Assembly (NCBI RefSeq): GCF_021028975.2
Contig: NC_059438.1
Coordinates: 24,428,001-24,492,000 of the forward strand
DNA length: 64,000 nt
Origin: Sphaerodactylus townsendi
Taxonomy: Eukaryota
Reading direction: 5' to 3'
Of this stretch, positions 1-13,022 are shown piece by piece; positions within the stretch are counted from its first letter, which is position 1; every line of letters starts with the position of its first letter. The notes beneath the pieces are model-generated. The model was not told where the DNA came from, did no database searches, and was given only the letters and a program-made list of their open reading frames with translations. The translations under genes were made by a program, and so were the position numbers.

Positions 1-104
1 CCTCCGAATTTCCCCAGGTTCTCTCTTTAAATCCACCTCCTTTGGAGTGGGGTTTAGAAGGGAAGAGAATATCTAGACCCCCTAGATAAAAAAAACTTAT
101 TGAA

Positions 105-408
105 AGTGTTGAAGGCTTTCAAGAAACCAAGATTCAACTGGTAGTTGTGAAGGTTTTACAGGCTGTGTGGCAGAGTGGTCTGAGTAGGAGTCTTGTTCCT
201 GGCGTTTAGCTGCTAGAATCTGTGGCTGGCATCTTCAGAGGTGTATCCACAGAGAGAAGTCTGTTGTACATAAAGGTTGGACCACGGTGTATAATAGACT
301 TCTCTCCTTGTGATACCTCTTCAACCACAGATGCACGAAATGGCTGATAAGGCTAAGATACACCAGGCTCCGCGACCCACGCTTCTGAAAACTACCAGCA
401 ACCAACAT
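105..408. mobile_element. Degenerate Penelope-like element terminus with inverted arrangement
   Basis: gaaggctttc...tctgtggctggcatcttcagagg resembles the copies at 24564, 28778, 44367 and 48185, but is much noisier. Confidence 0.55.
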
Positions 409-2309
409 TGAGAAATAATGATGCTTTGTTTGGGGTGAGGGAATCTACCACCTGAAACAGCATCGCTCCAATGTTGTTTTAAGCACAGGAGCAGAGTATC
501 CCTTAAGGTGGATTTAAAAAGGAGATCTGGGCTCCATATGGTTTAAACAGCATTAACAGTGATGCTGTTTCAGGAACGTGAGTTCCAGTGTTTACAGAAA
601 TGGCATTGCACTTTCAATGTTGATTTAAACTAAAGGAAACCTAAGGTGATGTTCAGATTTGTGTGTGTTGGGCCATGTTCTACAGCGAATGGTGGGCTTT
701 AGATTGACCTGGTACAAAAAAAAATATTTGTTTGAGTGGTGGTGGGAGGAATGCTGCCCAAATGGAAGCGGCGTGAAACAAAGCTCAGATTTTGCGAGAC
801 TCCATTTACTCCATTACCACGAGCTACACCCCTGGGTCCAGGCATATTTATGAAAACTGTATGGTCCTTGTGGCCAGCCTGGTTTCACTTGTGCTTCTTA
901 TTTGCCACATGCATCACCCCAGAAAAGCCTGTAAGAGCCTCACATTGTGAAAGGCCTCGGGCTGTCCTGCAGTTTGTAAATCTTTAAATTGTATACGCCA
1001 CAGCAGCCGGCCTTTTTTTAGATGCAAGTCTAGATTCTATTAGCGGCTAGCTTCACAGTGCACTAACTGTTTCATGTATTAGAATTCATATTTCTCTGAT
1101 GGGTAGTGCTTCTAATGACTTAGTACCATTTGGGGGGGACCATAATAGCTGTGCCCTGGCTGTGTTATTATGGTGCTGTTCAGCTTCAAATCACAAAATT
1201 ATTAAGCCAGAAAGAACTAGATATATTACGAGGTGAAAGAACAGGAGGAGGAGGAAGACCCTGACCCGAAGCATTTCCTGGAGGAGAAAAGGATGCCAAA
1301 ATTACTATCTCCCCACAAGCCAGGAATGGGTTTGGACAGGGAAAATTGCCACCCTCAGGGGTATTTACAGGTACAAACTGGAATGCACAGGAAGCAATCG
1401 GCTCCCCTCCCTCCCATGCACAAAACTTACCCTGCAAGTGCTTTCTTGCCCGTTCCTGTTAACTCGACAAATGCTTGGTGCAGACAATACGTTTGCTGCA
1501 GTCATGTCTCCTTTTACCCTTAGACTTATGTCAGAGCTTTAACATTCCTGGCATAAGTCAAATCCCATCCAAGTGAGGCTCATTGTGTGCACCTAATCCT
1601 GGACTTAACATTGGAAATACTTCTAGTTTTGCAGAAATCTTAGGTGTTTCCCTCTAAATAAATTGGGGGGGGGGAGGGGTGCTAGTGTCCCCTGCACTAC
1701 AAAGCCTGTGTAGACTGTTCTGCCGTAGAAACTGGTTCATTGAGCCAACTATTAAAAATTCATGAATAATGGCTAAAAATATTACGACAAACAATGAGCC
1801 TTTCTTCAGATGTATCAGGAGCAGGAGAGACCAGCTAGGGAAGCAGTTGGCATGTCAGATAGCAAAGGAATAAAAGAATTGCTGAAGGAACACTGGGAGA
1901 CAGAAGGCAGACTGAATGCTCTGTGTCTGTTTTAACGGTGGGAAAAGTAAGGCTGAACTTGGAAGGAGCTGCTGTTTGGGGTGAGGGGATCGGAAGAAGA
2001 ATTGGGTCAAACTGAGGTGATGCGAGAGAAAGTTCCAGGGCTCTGTGGACAAATGAAAGCTAGTTGGTCTCCAGGTCTAGATTGCCGCCCTGGACCCAGG
2101 GGTCCTTCAGGGACAAACACATACACTTTCAGTCCATTTCTAGTGCACTTTGCCGCTGGATTTTACTGTGTGAAACAGCAAACTCCGCTTGCAAATTATC
2201 CCTAAGTTGGACTGAAATTTGATTGTGCAGCATGTGTGAAAGTGTCCTCAGTTAACAAATTGTTGATCTGCTAACCAGTACATGCAACTCGTCACTAAAA
2301 TCAGCTTCT

Positions 2310-3830
2310 GTGCCAAAGGACTGGAAGGAGGCAGCTGTTGCACCAATTTTTAAACAGGTGTCCGGAGAGAATTCAGAGCATTTTACAAGCCAGTTATGCC
2401 GGCATCTGTTCTAGGTAAATTAGTAGAAGCTGTTATTAAAGATAGAATTATTAAGCATATCAAGGAACAAAACCTGCTGGGAGAAAATCAACCTGGCTTC
2501 TGCAAAGAGAAGCCCTTCCCCATCAAGGGTTTGGGTTCTTTGTGCAGATACACAGTGACCTAGTCGACATTATATACTTGGACTTCCAAAAAGGTTTATG
2601 GCACAGTACCTCCCTAAATATTCTTAAGTAAGCTTAGCGGTCATGGGATAAGAGGACAAGTCAGGAAACAGAGAGCAAGAATAAACGAGCGGTCTCACAA
2701 TCAAGGGGTATAAGCAGTGGAGTCCAGTGCTGCTTAATTTGCGCATAAATTGGGTGGAATTGGGGCAGAGCTGTGTAGTGACCCGTTTGCTGATACCAAA
2801 TCAGTCAGGATGGTAAAAGCCAAGTAGATTGCAAAGAGCTCCAGGAGGATCTCTCTAAATTGAGCACGTGGCCAGCAGCATGGGAACCGAAATTCAGCAT
2901 GGGTAAGAAGTGTGAGATAATGTACACTGAAACAAAACATCCTAACTTTGAATATGTGCGGATGGGGTCTGAATTGGCTGATACTGACAGAGTAGTAGGC
3001 AACTTGATGAAAATGGCAACTCAGTATGCTGCAGTGGCGAAAAAGGTAAGCTTCACGCTGAGGATTATCAGGAAATCAATTGAGAATACAATGCTAATAT
3101 TATGGTACCCTTGTCCAGAGCCCTGATGTCCCTGCTTTTGAATACCATGTACAGTTCTGGCTGCCATATCTCAAGGAAAACGTGGCAGAGGCTGGAAAAG
3201 TAAAGAGGAGGGCAGCCAATATGACCAGGGGATTGGAACATCTTTCCTGTGAGGTGAGGTAAGACTGAAGTCTGGGATGTTTTAATTTAGGGGGAAAAGC
3301 TGAGGGGATTCATGGGCACTAAATGTAGGAGAAACAAAAAGATATACGACTTTACTCAGCAAGTAATTAAACGGTGGAATTCGCTGTCAGTGGAGGTGGG
3401 GATGTCCAGGAACGTAGAAGGCATTCATTAACAGGGGCTCCGATTCATGATGGATAGGTCCATCAATGGCTACTGTACTATTTTCCACCAAAAGGTGACA
3501 GTAGAACTGTATATTAATCCATCATTTTCCAGACCTTTGTTCTAGAATGTTCTGCTTGGGTCCTAGTGCCTGCCTAGTTCTGTCTCCAAGACACTAGAAC
3601 CCAAGCGGAGCATTCTAGAACAAAGCAGGTTCAGGAAATGGTGGCTTAATATACATATTTTGGTGCAAAAGAGTATAGCCAGGGTGAGTAACAGGGACCT
3701 TTGTTCTAGGAGGCGATATCAGGGGACTCCCACTGTGCCCTATTGGTTGGCTTCTAGGGCCACCATGGGCCACTGTGTGGAACAGGATGTTGGACTAGGT
3801 GGAACACTGATCTAATAGGACTCTTATGTA
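2310..3830 (+). mobile_element. Old, decayed CR1 LINE (ORF2 RT remnant plus 3' end)
   Basis: CR1 motifs gacattatatacttggacttccaaaaa (DIIYLDFQK), tttgctgat, ctccaggaggatctc, cagttctgg; ends ctcttatgt. Confidence 0.8.
3476..3675. mobile_element. Fold-back (palindromic) MITE-like insert within the CR1 3' end
   Basis: Long inverted repeats: tactattttccaccaaaa / ttttggtgcaaaagagta and ttgttctagaatgttctgcttggg / cccaagcggagcattctagaacaa. Confidence 0.7.
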
Positions 3831-6800
3831 ATGTCTCCTTATGAATCCAAGTCTGTATGTAGTCGGGGGAGCAGATGATTAAGAGAACAATCTCCACATC
3901 CCTCATTAGGATACTGCAAAGCCCTGCAACACTGGAAGAACACTAGAAAATTGAGAGGAAACTGGTAAAAAATTCCAAAACTGAAAACTGGGACACATTT
4001 TTATTAACCACCTGAAGAGTGGTCTAGATTGAGAACATCTGGCCTCATGTTCCACCACACTCCAGGGAAGGGGAGCATCTATCTTAGGAGGGTTATTTTC
4101 CCTGATCTGCCATATCCACCTATAGAAGGCATACCTATAAGCATGCTGGCAATTCAAGCCCTCATTTCAGTTGGGGGAAGGCATATGCGAGTTACCCTTA
4201 ACCACCTCTTGCCAAAACAAGCGTCCAGGGACGCCCAAATATTCTCTAAATAGTGCTAGGTATAAAGTTGCAACTGAACCTAGTGAACTATGCTAATATT
4301 CCTGAATGTGTACTCATGGGACGACTTCACTCATTAGGCCGTAGGAATGCTGCTGCATTCGCCCCAGTGGGTTTTTTAAAAGAAGGGCACTGAAGCAGTT
4401 GATCCTGGCAATTCTAGTCATGCATGTTTTTTGGCCACCAGCACACGCCTTTGTCCAAAGGTATTATAGTGATGGTTTCGAACACAGGAGAATGCTCTGC
4501 AATGAACATTCATAAAACTTGTTTTCTTTCACCCTTGTGCGAGCGCATTAATCTCGTTCTAAGTAGCGTAGCTGTTTTTAACAGAAAGCGCATCACCAGA
4601 ACCTGAACTTTGACACAGACCAACTCACTGAAGACACATGCCCATTTTGTGATGCACAATTTGTCCTATTTTACTCGCTATGACTGATAAGAACTGAAGA
4701 GTTCCTCTCATTTTATTCCCGGGGGGCGGGGTGGGGGGGGGGGCACACATTTGTGAGTGCTTTGCTTAGCACAGCAGCTATTTCTGTGGCTTCCTATTGG
4801 TAATTCTCACCAAGATCCTATGTGAACCTGTGTGCATAAACGTGCTTTCCTATTTGTTTTACTGTTTGTAGTCCACTCACTCCCACCCGCACAAAGGAGG
4901 CCCAAAGCAGCTCAAAATAAAATTCATCAGAAACCAAGAAAATCCAGTACACGTTTAAAAACCATCAATAAGGTTCCTGTATACCAGTCACCAGTCAGAG
5001 GAAGCAAATCTTGAAGGCCAAATGGGTGTAGCTCTTGATCAGCCCTTCCCTGCGGGCGGCCGGGGTCACTGCTGAGGGTAGGCAGCTTAGTTGTTGTTCC
5101 TGGTGTGTGTGTGGGGGGAAGGGGGGCACTAAAGCTGCTAATCGGAGAAGTGAGGGTGACTCACAAGTTTAAATAGGGTTCATTGCATAGGCTTTGCAAT
5201 CAGGGCAAAGTGAGAGTAAAGTGCGTTTAACTCACGCTGGGTTAACCATTGACAGAATGTACTTTGGTGCCAGGTATTTGTTCTCCTTCCTCATGATGTA
5301 CCAGAGCAGATAATGAAATGAATTTGCTCCCTTTGTGGGCCCATGAAGCTGGTATTAGTCCTGTTGCCTGGGAACTGAGTGGGACCAGGCTGCCTCCGGG
5401 GTCTGTGTTTGCACAGCCAGCTGGGGGGCAGCAGTTGTGCTATCATTTGCAAACAGTGCCTGCGAGAGGAAATGTATCTAGAATCATCAGAGAGGCTCTT
5501 TTCAAAGGTAGCGTCGAGTGCACAGGTGGACACCACAGATTATGTAGAGTTCTCACTTTCTTTCAGTGTAGGCAACCTGTTGTTAAGGATACCTAAATAG
5601 CCCGAGTCTAGCTATGGCCACTGTGCCATACCTGTGACTATCCAACCCAGGCATCTGTCTGACCACCGCCATTAGACTGCCAGAAAGACAAAAGGTCAGT
5701 GAACTTTTGTTGGCTCACTGTGGTCATTCTTAATTACAGAAGACCTGAGGATCTTCCTGCAGAGAGTCGAATTGCGAACCCTCTTGGATATTCTGAATAC
5801 AGAAGTAAGAAGAACGTTGTTCCCAGAGTTGGCAGAAGCCACGTTATGTGATTGGAGGAGACTTTAGTGCTCCGTTTTTCCTGTAGCAACTTAGTAATTC
5901 CTCCTCCCTCTCAGTCATGGTGCATTGAAGCATCGGCTGTCTGAAGGTTAGCTGAGGTGAGCATGAACGTATTGCCGTGATAAGTTTAGCACATGACAAC
6001 TCCCGGCTTACTTTGGCTCAGAGCTCCCTGCCCCATCATCTCCGCAAACAAGGAATCGTGCTGATTGCTTATGGATAAGCAGCAGCAGAACACCAGGCCT
6101 TGTGTGAGAGCCTTGATGGCCGGGGTGGTTGGTGCGTAGCCAGAGACACGTTCAGAAGTCAGCACAACGGTGCTCCAAAGTGGCAGGCCAGGACAGTCAC
6201 GAGGGGGGCCTGGACGAGCTTCCCTCACGTTTTCTCACTGTCTTTGGCTCCTCTCTGGAGAAGGCTGCCACTACTGGTGCATTCCCTTCAATAGACACTG
6301 CCCGGGGAGCAGAAGAAGAGAGGGTGGCCATTGCTTCAGCTGTTCCAGAGATGTGTGGAGAGCCCCCTGAGCCCCTGCAAGCTTGCTGGAAAGTACACCG
6401 GGCTTGTGCTGGGATGTGTCTTCAAGGCAACGCTCGGGACATTTGCCAGAGGATTCTAACAGTGGGCTGGTTAACTCAGGCTGTGCAGCTCCTGGCCCAC
6501 CAAACGGCACACCTGCTACGCATGCTGAGCCCCCTGGTTTTTCACCAGCCTGTGCATTCCAGCACTGGGAAGGGGGAGTGCCAGGCACTGGGAAGGCCAT
6601 GGCTGCATCTGGTGGGGGAGTAGCAGGCTGCAGAGGCCTGAGTTATTCATGGAAGGACTAGTGGAACGGCCTGCCCCAGGAAGTCAGGAAGCCCGTGACA
6701 TTTCTCTCTTATTCTGCAGGCTGTGTGCCAAAACAGGTGGGCTCGTGGAAGCATTTTGGTGAAGGGGATGGAGGCTGCAGTATAACAGAATGGTTCAGGA

Positions 6801-7486
6801 GGGTGGTTTTGTGGACAGGACAGGCCTGCAGCCTGTTTCACCCATGAGGGTACGTACTCCCTTATTGCACTGGCTTCAACTTTTGTAGTTCCGTTTTCTG
6901 CCGTTGCTTATTATAGGCAGACACTGTTTTTTACATCCTTTCTTATTTTTGTAACCCAAGTCCTATTGCATTGTTTGTCAGATGCCCCATGCTATTTCAC
7001 TGCAACGTTTCATACTGCGTTATCTGCCTGCAGTCTCAGCAAGAAAGGCGGGTTGTATATAAAGTAAATAAATGATTGCAAGTTGACCGGGTTCTGTTAT
7101 CTAGTAGAAAAATAAGGTACAGTTCTTACCCCAACTGCAACAAATGTAATAAACATAAGTCCAGTTGTTCGTACCAGTTGGAAGAAGGAACTGGTTTGGA
7201 GGAGTCTTGTGTTCAGATTCTGCTGCTCTGTGAAGCTCTCTGGATCAGCCAAATGCTTTCTGCTTAATTCAGCTTTCCCATACTCCAAGAAATAAGTTGG
7301 CCTGGTTGGGATTTGTCCAGTACATTAAAGGAATCATGGGAAGGAGGACTGTGATACGATATTTATTTTGCTTTTAGGAGGACCCAGGTTTGACCCTGAC
7401 TCTTCTAGTTAAAGGAATCACTACCATTCTAAGCTGCTACCATTCAGTGTAGACAGTCCTAAGCTGGATAGACTCATGGTCTGACT

Positions 7487-7727
7487 CAGCAGCAGGAGGA
7501 GGAGGAGGAGCAGGAGCAGGAGTTGGAGGAGGAGGAGTTTGAATTTATACCCCTGCCATTTTCTCTCCTGTAGGACACACAAAGGGGCTTACAATCTCCT
7601 CTCCCACCCAACAGACACCCCGTGAGGTGGGTGGGGCTGAGAGAGCTCCATCGAGCTGTGACTAGCCCCAGGTCACCCAGCTGGCATGTGTTGGAGTGCA
7701 CAGGCCAATCTAGTTCCCCAGATAAGT
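7487..7727 (-). mobile_element. Squam3-like SINE, 5'-truncated, with (GGA/GCA) repeat tail
   Basis: Reverse complement of the SINE body seen at 12701 and 27031. Confidence 0.85.
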
Positions 7728-7984
7728 ACAGGACTGCTTGATGTGTTCAGGTATGTGAGGTACTCTCCGGTCTTTCTGTCACATTTTTATCCTTCCCTGT
7801 CATGATTTTCTCCTGCACTTTATATTCCTACCAGCCCTGCATGGTAGGTTAGCCTGAAAAGCAACAGACTGGCACCAGGTCGCCTCGTGAGCTTCCCAGC
7901 AGCACAAGGATTTCAGTCCTCTACTCTCTCCCTCTGACCACTTCCTCTCTCTGACTCATGTGATTGATTAGGGCTTCCCCCTGG

Positions 7985-8920
7985 TGTTTTTGAAACTGTT
8001 GGTTAATCCGGTTTATATTCACATTGTTTCTGTCCCACCTTTTCCTAAACCAGCCTGATGGGTCTTACAAAAAATTTAATCCATCAAATGCCGGGGGGAG
8101 GGGGTTTCCCACATCAGACATAAACAGTGAATTCAACTTCCCCTTTAAATGGCAGCCGGCTGTCGGAAAAGTCCTCCTTAAAAGTTCAACCTTGAACAAG
8201 GTCTTGAAATGTCCCGTGAACCCCTTCCTTGTGTGGTCTGGAAGGGGCAGCTGTAGAAAGGCCATGAATGGGCAGGGGCTGGTTGCACTCGCCCTGGCAA
8301 GCCCAGATCAGAACAGTCCATTGGTCACTTACTGTGGGCGACGTGGGCCCCAAGTCACCTCCAGGAGAAGAGGGGTGCAGCATTCCCACGGTGAGAGCCC
8401 CAGGGGGCTGGCTGTGCGAGTCCTCAGCAGCAGAATAGGACAGGATCCGGTGGCCCCTTACAGAGGAGCCAGAGCAGTTTTTGTCAGATTAGCTCTGGCT
8501 CAGGCAGGCTCATGCTGGAATGTGTCATTAGTCTTTGAGGTGTTGCTGGACTTGTGCTTCAAGCCAAGAAGGGCTTGCAACGTGAGCTCCAGTCCCTGGA
8601 ATTGAATCCAGATGCACACTAGTCACTAGTGACATGTTCTCAGCTCAGGCGCAGTATATGTGTTGCAACCGACACCAACCAACTGTGCCAGTTGCAGTTG
8701 CTGGGTGTGGTTTTTTTTTTCAAGAGCAGGCCCACGTAGAGCACATTCCCGTTGCCTTAGCCTTGAGGTTTCCGTAGCGTGGATTAGCGTGGCCAAGTCC
8801 CAAAGGGAGCCAATTTCCGTTCGAGATGAAGCTGGGAAGAGGCGCTCTTAGCAACTGACACCTCTTGTTTTTCCGCTAGAAAGGCACGAGCTCAGCGCCC
8901 CAACTCTTAATTAATTCTGC
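7985..8920 (-). mobile_element. Old L2 LINE remnant
   Basis: Minus-strand peptide LPDHTRK..HFKTLFKVELLRRTF resembles the L2 ORF2 C-terminus; LATLIHA..TSRL-like segment near 8750-8800. Confidence 0.5.
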
Positions 8921-9897
8921 CCATCAGTTGTAGCCCACGCATTTTGTGGTGCTATCAATTTGACAGTCGGTTCATTCTGCAAGCCGTGTTTCCTTGGTCT
9001 AGCTGCCTTCCGCAGATCAGTGTTGTAGTAGTGTAGTGCGAGGGTTTGGATGAATGGCGCTGCTGGGGAGGGAAGGGACCTTTCTGAACTCCCCCCCCCC
9101 CCAACACTCACCCACATAACCACAGCAAGATATTGCTAAGGTCCTTGAAAGTGAAACCAGGACCATCAAGTAGAGGCCCAGATTAGATTTTACCTCTACT
9201 GCGCACTAGCAGAATTTGGATTGCATGACTGAGTCTTTCTTTCTGCTGCTCAGTGGTTGTGTGCAAGAGAGCGAGGCCCCGTTGTGATGGGTGGGGGTGT
9301 TTATGAGTCCAAATGAGAAGAGATCAGCTCCTGGGAAGGTCAGTAGGATGATCCACTGGCTGGGAAATCAAGATTATGACATAAGACTTTTAAGGAGCTC
9401 CGCTCAGGAATCCAAGCTGCAATTAGATTTAAAAGTTCCTATCTGAAGAACATTTGTGTAATTTCTTTTCAAGGAATCATCCATAATTTGTAAAAGAAAA
9501 TGGAGTAAACTTAGATTGCAATTAGTGTAAGTCTCTTTCTGTTACAATTCTGCTAAATAAATGCTTTTGCTATGGGACTGTCAGTTGATAGATGACTGGT
9601 CAAATGGTGCAGCCGACGTGAACCAGTGTGCCTTGGAATCTTTATGCTGATTCCATGTTATAGTTTGCATCACTCTTTTGGTGCAGTCAGTGTGGATCCC
9701 TGTGTGCAAGAGACAGGTTAACTCTGTCTCCAGTGTCCGGCACAGGCATCCCTTTCGCTGAATCCTGTTATATGAGGAAGCTCAGAAAAGTAAACGGCTG
9801 GGCCAGACAGAACTCTGGGTGTGTGCATGCTCAAACCCAGGCAAATGCTGTGTCGGAGCCCAGACCACAGGCCTTCGAGTCAGCCATTAACTTAGAT

Positions 9898-10082
9898 CAG
9901 GGGTCTGCAACCTGCAGCTCTCCAGATGTTCAAGGACTACAATTCCCACCAGCCCCTGCCAGCATGGCCAATTGGCTCAGCATTGGCCAATTGGCTCAGC
10001 ATGGCCAATTGGCCATGCTGGCAGGGGCTGATGGGAATTGTAGTCCTTGAACATCTGGAGAGCCGCAGGTTGCAGACCCCTG
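9898..10082. mobile_element. Palindromic hAT MITE (TIR CAGGGGTCTGCAACC) with internal duplication
   Basis: Whole-element inverted repeat; 8-bp TSD ACTTAGAT at 9890-9897 and 10083-10090. Confidence 0.92.
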
Positions 10083-10891
10083 ACTTAGATGAACTTCTCC
10101 ATTCTGTGCAGCACACTTTTTTTTCCCTCCCAGAGGCTGGATTGTGAGGAGAAAAGTGTGGACCTCCAAATGGGGAGTGCTTTCCCAGGAGGGAGATTCG
10201 AGTGCATCATTCCTGCATCATTCTGTGTATCTGTGTTTGCTTTTCTTAAGACATTTCCTGTTTTGCTGCAGGAAATATAACAAACATTTTCTGAAGCTGC
10301 TGTTTTTGGTGGTGGATGGATACTAGAAAAAAACAGAGACCTTCAGGGTTCTTACATTTGTAAGAACTCAGTGGTAGTGTTCATGCTTCAAATAGACAAA
10401 GTTGTAGGTTTCAGTCTCTGCCATCTCCACTGATACAGATCTTGGGAAAGACCTCTTATCCATGGTTTTGGATGAGCTACGTGGTCCAGTGCACTGGCTT
10501 CATTGGGGGGTTTTAAGTTCCGGTCCCCCCCCCCCCTTATTTAGTTTGGGGCACGCCAGGAGATGGAGAACATCAAGAGCATCCGAGCCCTTGTTTTGAA
10601 CTGAGAGCACGTAGGGAAAGTCAAGAGATGGCTGTCCATTGACCCTGGGGAGGAAGGAGGTCGGATTGATGTGTGACGCTCTGCTGTCCATAAGCCCAAT
10701 TTGAATTGTGTGTGAGGGGAATGTTTGTGCTTTGCTGTGGTGGTTCCTGGAATGGGGGGCAGCCCAGCAGTGCCGTCTCGGTGACCCTGCGCTTTGGTAT
10801 TAACTTCCATATTAGTGATCTGTCAAGCACCTCATGCTCCAGACATGTGGAGGTGGAGGGAGAGCGAGGTATGGAGGGGAATGGCCTAGAA

Positions 10892-11325
10892 CAGGGGTAG
10901 GGAACCTTTAACACTCAAAGAGCCATTTGGACCCGTTTTCCACAGGAAAAGAAAACACTTGGAGCCGCAAATAATTTTTGACATGTAAAATAAAGATAAC
11001 ACTATATATATATGGGTTTTTTTCCCTTTTACTCCGCTCATTCTGAGAAGCGCATGGATGCGCCCGCCCTGCTGCCTGCAGGGCGGGCAAGGATGAAGCC
11101 AGCGGCTCGGCCTCACTGGCCGCCAGGAAAGCACCCGCCCCGCTCCAACGGGGCAGGCAAGAGAGGAAGCCCGTGGCGCGGCCCAGCCGACCGTGGGCAG
11201 TTGGTCTGCCCACCCTGCTGCCTGCAGAGCGGGCAAGGATGGGGCCGGCAGCTCGACTCATGGAGCCACAGTGCAAGGGCAGAAGAGCCGCATGCGGCTC
11301 TTGAGCCGCAGGTTCCCTACCCCTG
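10892..11325. mobile_element. Non-autonomous hAT (Charlie/Buster-type) element, TIR CAGGGGTAGGGAACCT
   Basis: Perfect TIRs; TSD GCCTAGAA at 10884-10891 and 11326-11333. Confidence 0.9.
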
Positions 11326-11333
11326 GCCTAGAA

Positions 11334-11468
11334 CATAGGTGTCAAACTCGCGGCCCTCCAGATGTTATGGACTACAGTTCCCATCATCCCCTGCCAGCAT
11401 GATGCTGGCAGGGGATGATGGGAACTGTAGTCCATAACATCTGGAGGGCCGCGGGTTTGACACCTGTG
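11334..11468. mobile_element. Palindromic hAT MITE (TIR CAYAGGTGTCAAAC)
   Basis: Near-perfect hairpin; TSD GCCTAGAA at 11326-11333 and 11469-11476. Confidence 0.92.
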
Positions 11469-11871
11469 GCCTAGAATGTGTGCAGTTTCATGAACGAGAA
11501 GCATGTGAACATTTCAGAACAGGCCCTGAGACTGAAATCTGTTAACCCCTGATGCACAAGCCAGGAATGCTGCGCAGAATGGGTGTAAACCTGGAGTTTT
11601 GGACAAAGCGTCGCCTCTACCCTTGGATATTCTGTGCTGTTTCATTGTGACGCTTGGGAAGCTTTATCCTTGTGAGTTCCCTTCGGTCTTTGGGAAGAAG
11701 CCATTTAAATGTTTAAAAAGGTTGAACTTGAGAGTTCTGATTATTGTCTCTTGGAGACAGTAATTTGGCAAACATAAGGTTGGGGTGGAGTGGAGGCACC
11801 CTAAACTACATGTGGCAGATCCATGATGAGAGCACACAAACCTACAGTTTTCTTTAAAAACATTCGTGCTT

Positions 11872-11931
<60 letters not shown>
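11872..11931. repeat. Compound (TG)n(AG)n microsatellite
   Basis: Directly visible. Confidence 0.97.
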
Positions 11932-11938
<7 letters not shown>

Positions 11939-12700
11939 GGCATGAGAAAGTTAACTGTTTCTCCTTGTACCATTTCCTGAGTAGGGTCCCCTGCACAGAC
12001 ACCCACAGTGTGGCTTCTGGTAGGGAAGAAACTGGCTGGCTGGCTTCCTTTTCTGCCTCACCTACCAGGGTTCATAGTGTGGTCTGAAGGGTTCCTTGGG
12101 GGAGCAGTAACGTGGGAAAGAGTTGGCCCCCTCATCTTCTGGCATTTCAGCTCTGATTCAGATCTCTCTGACCCACCCCCACCCCACCCCACCCACCCCT
12201 CCCTGTAACTACTTCGAAATAAATTCTTAATTCACAGAGAGATTCCTTGCATTGCATCTGATCTGGCTGTGCCTTCTGCCTGTCTCATCTGGGGGCTGCT
12301 GCATGCCACCCCTGGCAGTGGCTGTTGTCCCAGGCCACAAACATGCTCTTGAAAGAGGATGCAGAGCAGCAGTGGGAATCTGGCTGCATTTTTAGGAGAA
12401 TTAATGGGGAAGGGGGCAGTGGAATTTAGGTGGGGGGGGGGGTGTGTGTGTTTCCGCTACACCCATTGCCAAAGCACAGTGGTGCCAGCAGGCTTTTTGC
12501 CGTCTCATTGCCTAGTTAAGCATGATGACGACCGTCCTTCGTCTCTTGCTCGGCTGCTGCTCGGCAGAGCTGTGTATCCCATGCTTGGGGATGAAACAAG
12601 CTCATTCAGGTTCCAAGCTCCCTTTCAGAATGTTTCAGGCGATACGTGAGCCTTCTTATGTTCCCCAGTAATATAAAAACCAGCTTTTTAAAATATTACT

Positions 12701-13022
12701 GGAGCAGCAGTGGCGTAGTGGCTAAGAGCAGGTGCATTCTGATCTGGAGGAACCGGGTTTGATTCCCAGCTCTGCCGCTTGAGTTGTGGAGGCTTCTCTG
12801 GGGAAATCATATTAGCCTGTGCACTCCCACACATGCCAGCTGGGTGACCTTGGGCTAGTCACAGCTTTTTGGAGTTCTCTCAGCCCCACCCACCTCACAG
12901 GGTGTTTGTTGTGAGGGGGGAAGGGCAAGGGGATTGTAAGCCCCTGTGAGTCTCCTACAGGAGAGAAAGGGGGGTATAAATCCAAACTCCTCCTCCTCCT
13001 CCTCCTCCTCTTCTTCTTCTTC
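12701..13022 (+). mobile_element. Full-length Squam3-like tRNA-derived SINE
   Basis: A box TGGCGTAGTGG, B-box-like GGTTTGATTCC, CORE-like gctgggtgaccttgggc, (CCT/CTT)n tail. Confidence 0.9.

Noticed and set aside
1-650. Apparent novelty of the diverged repeats at the window start
   Set aside because: Many single-base indels relative to sister copies suggest old decay or low consensus quality, so details here are unreliable
12701-12780. tRNA gene at the SINE heads
   Set aside because: A and B boxes are present but there is no cloverleaf; the sequence continues into a SINE body and tail
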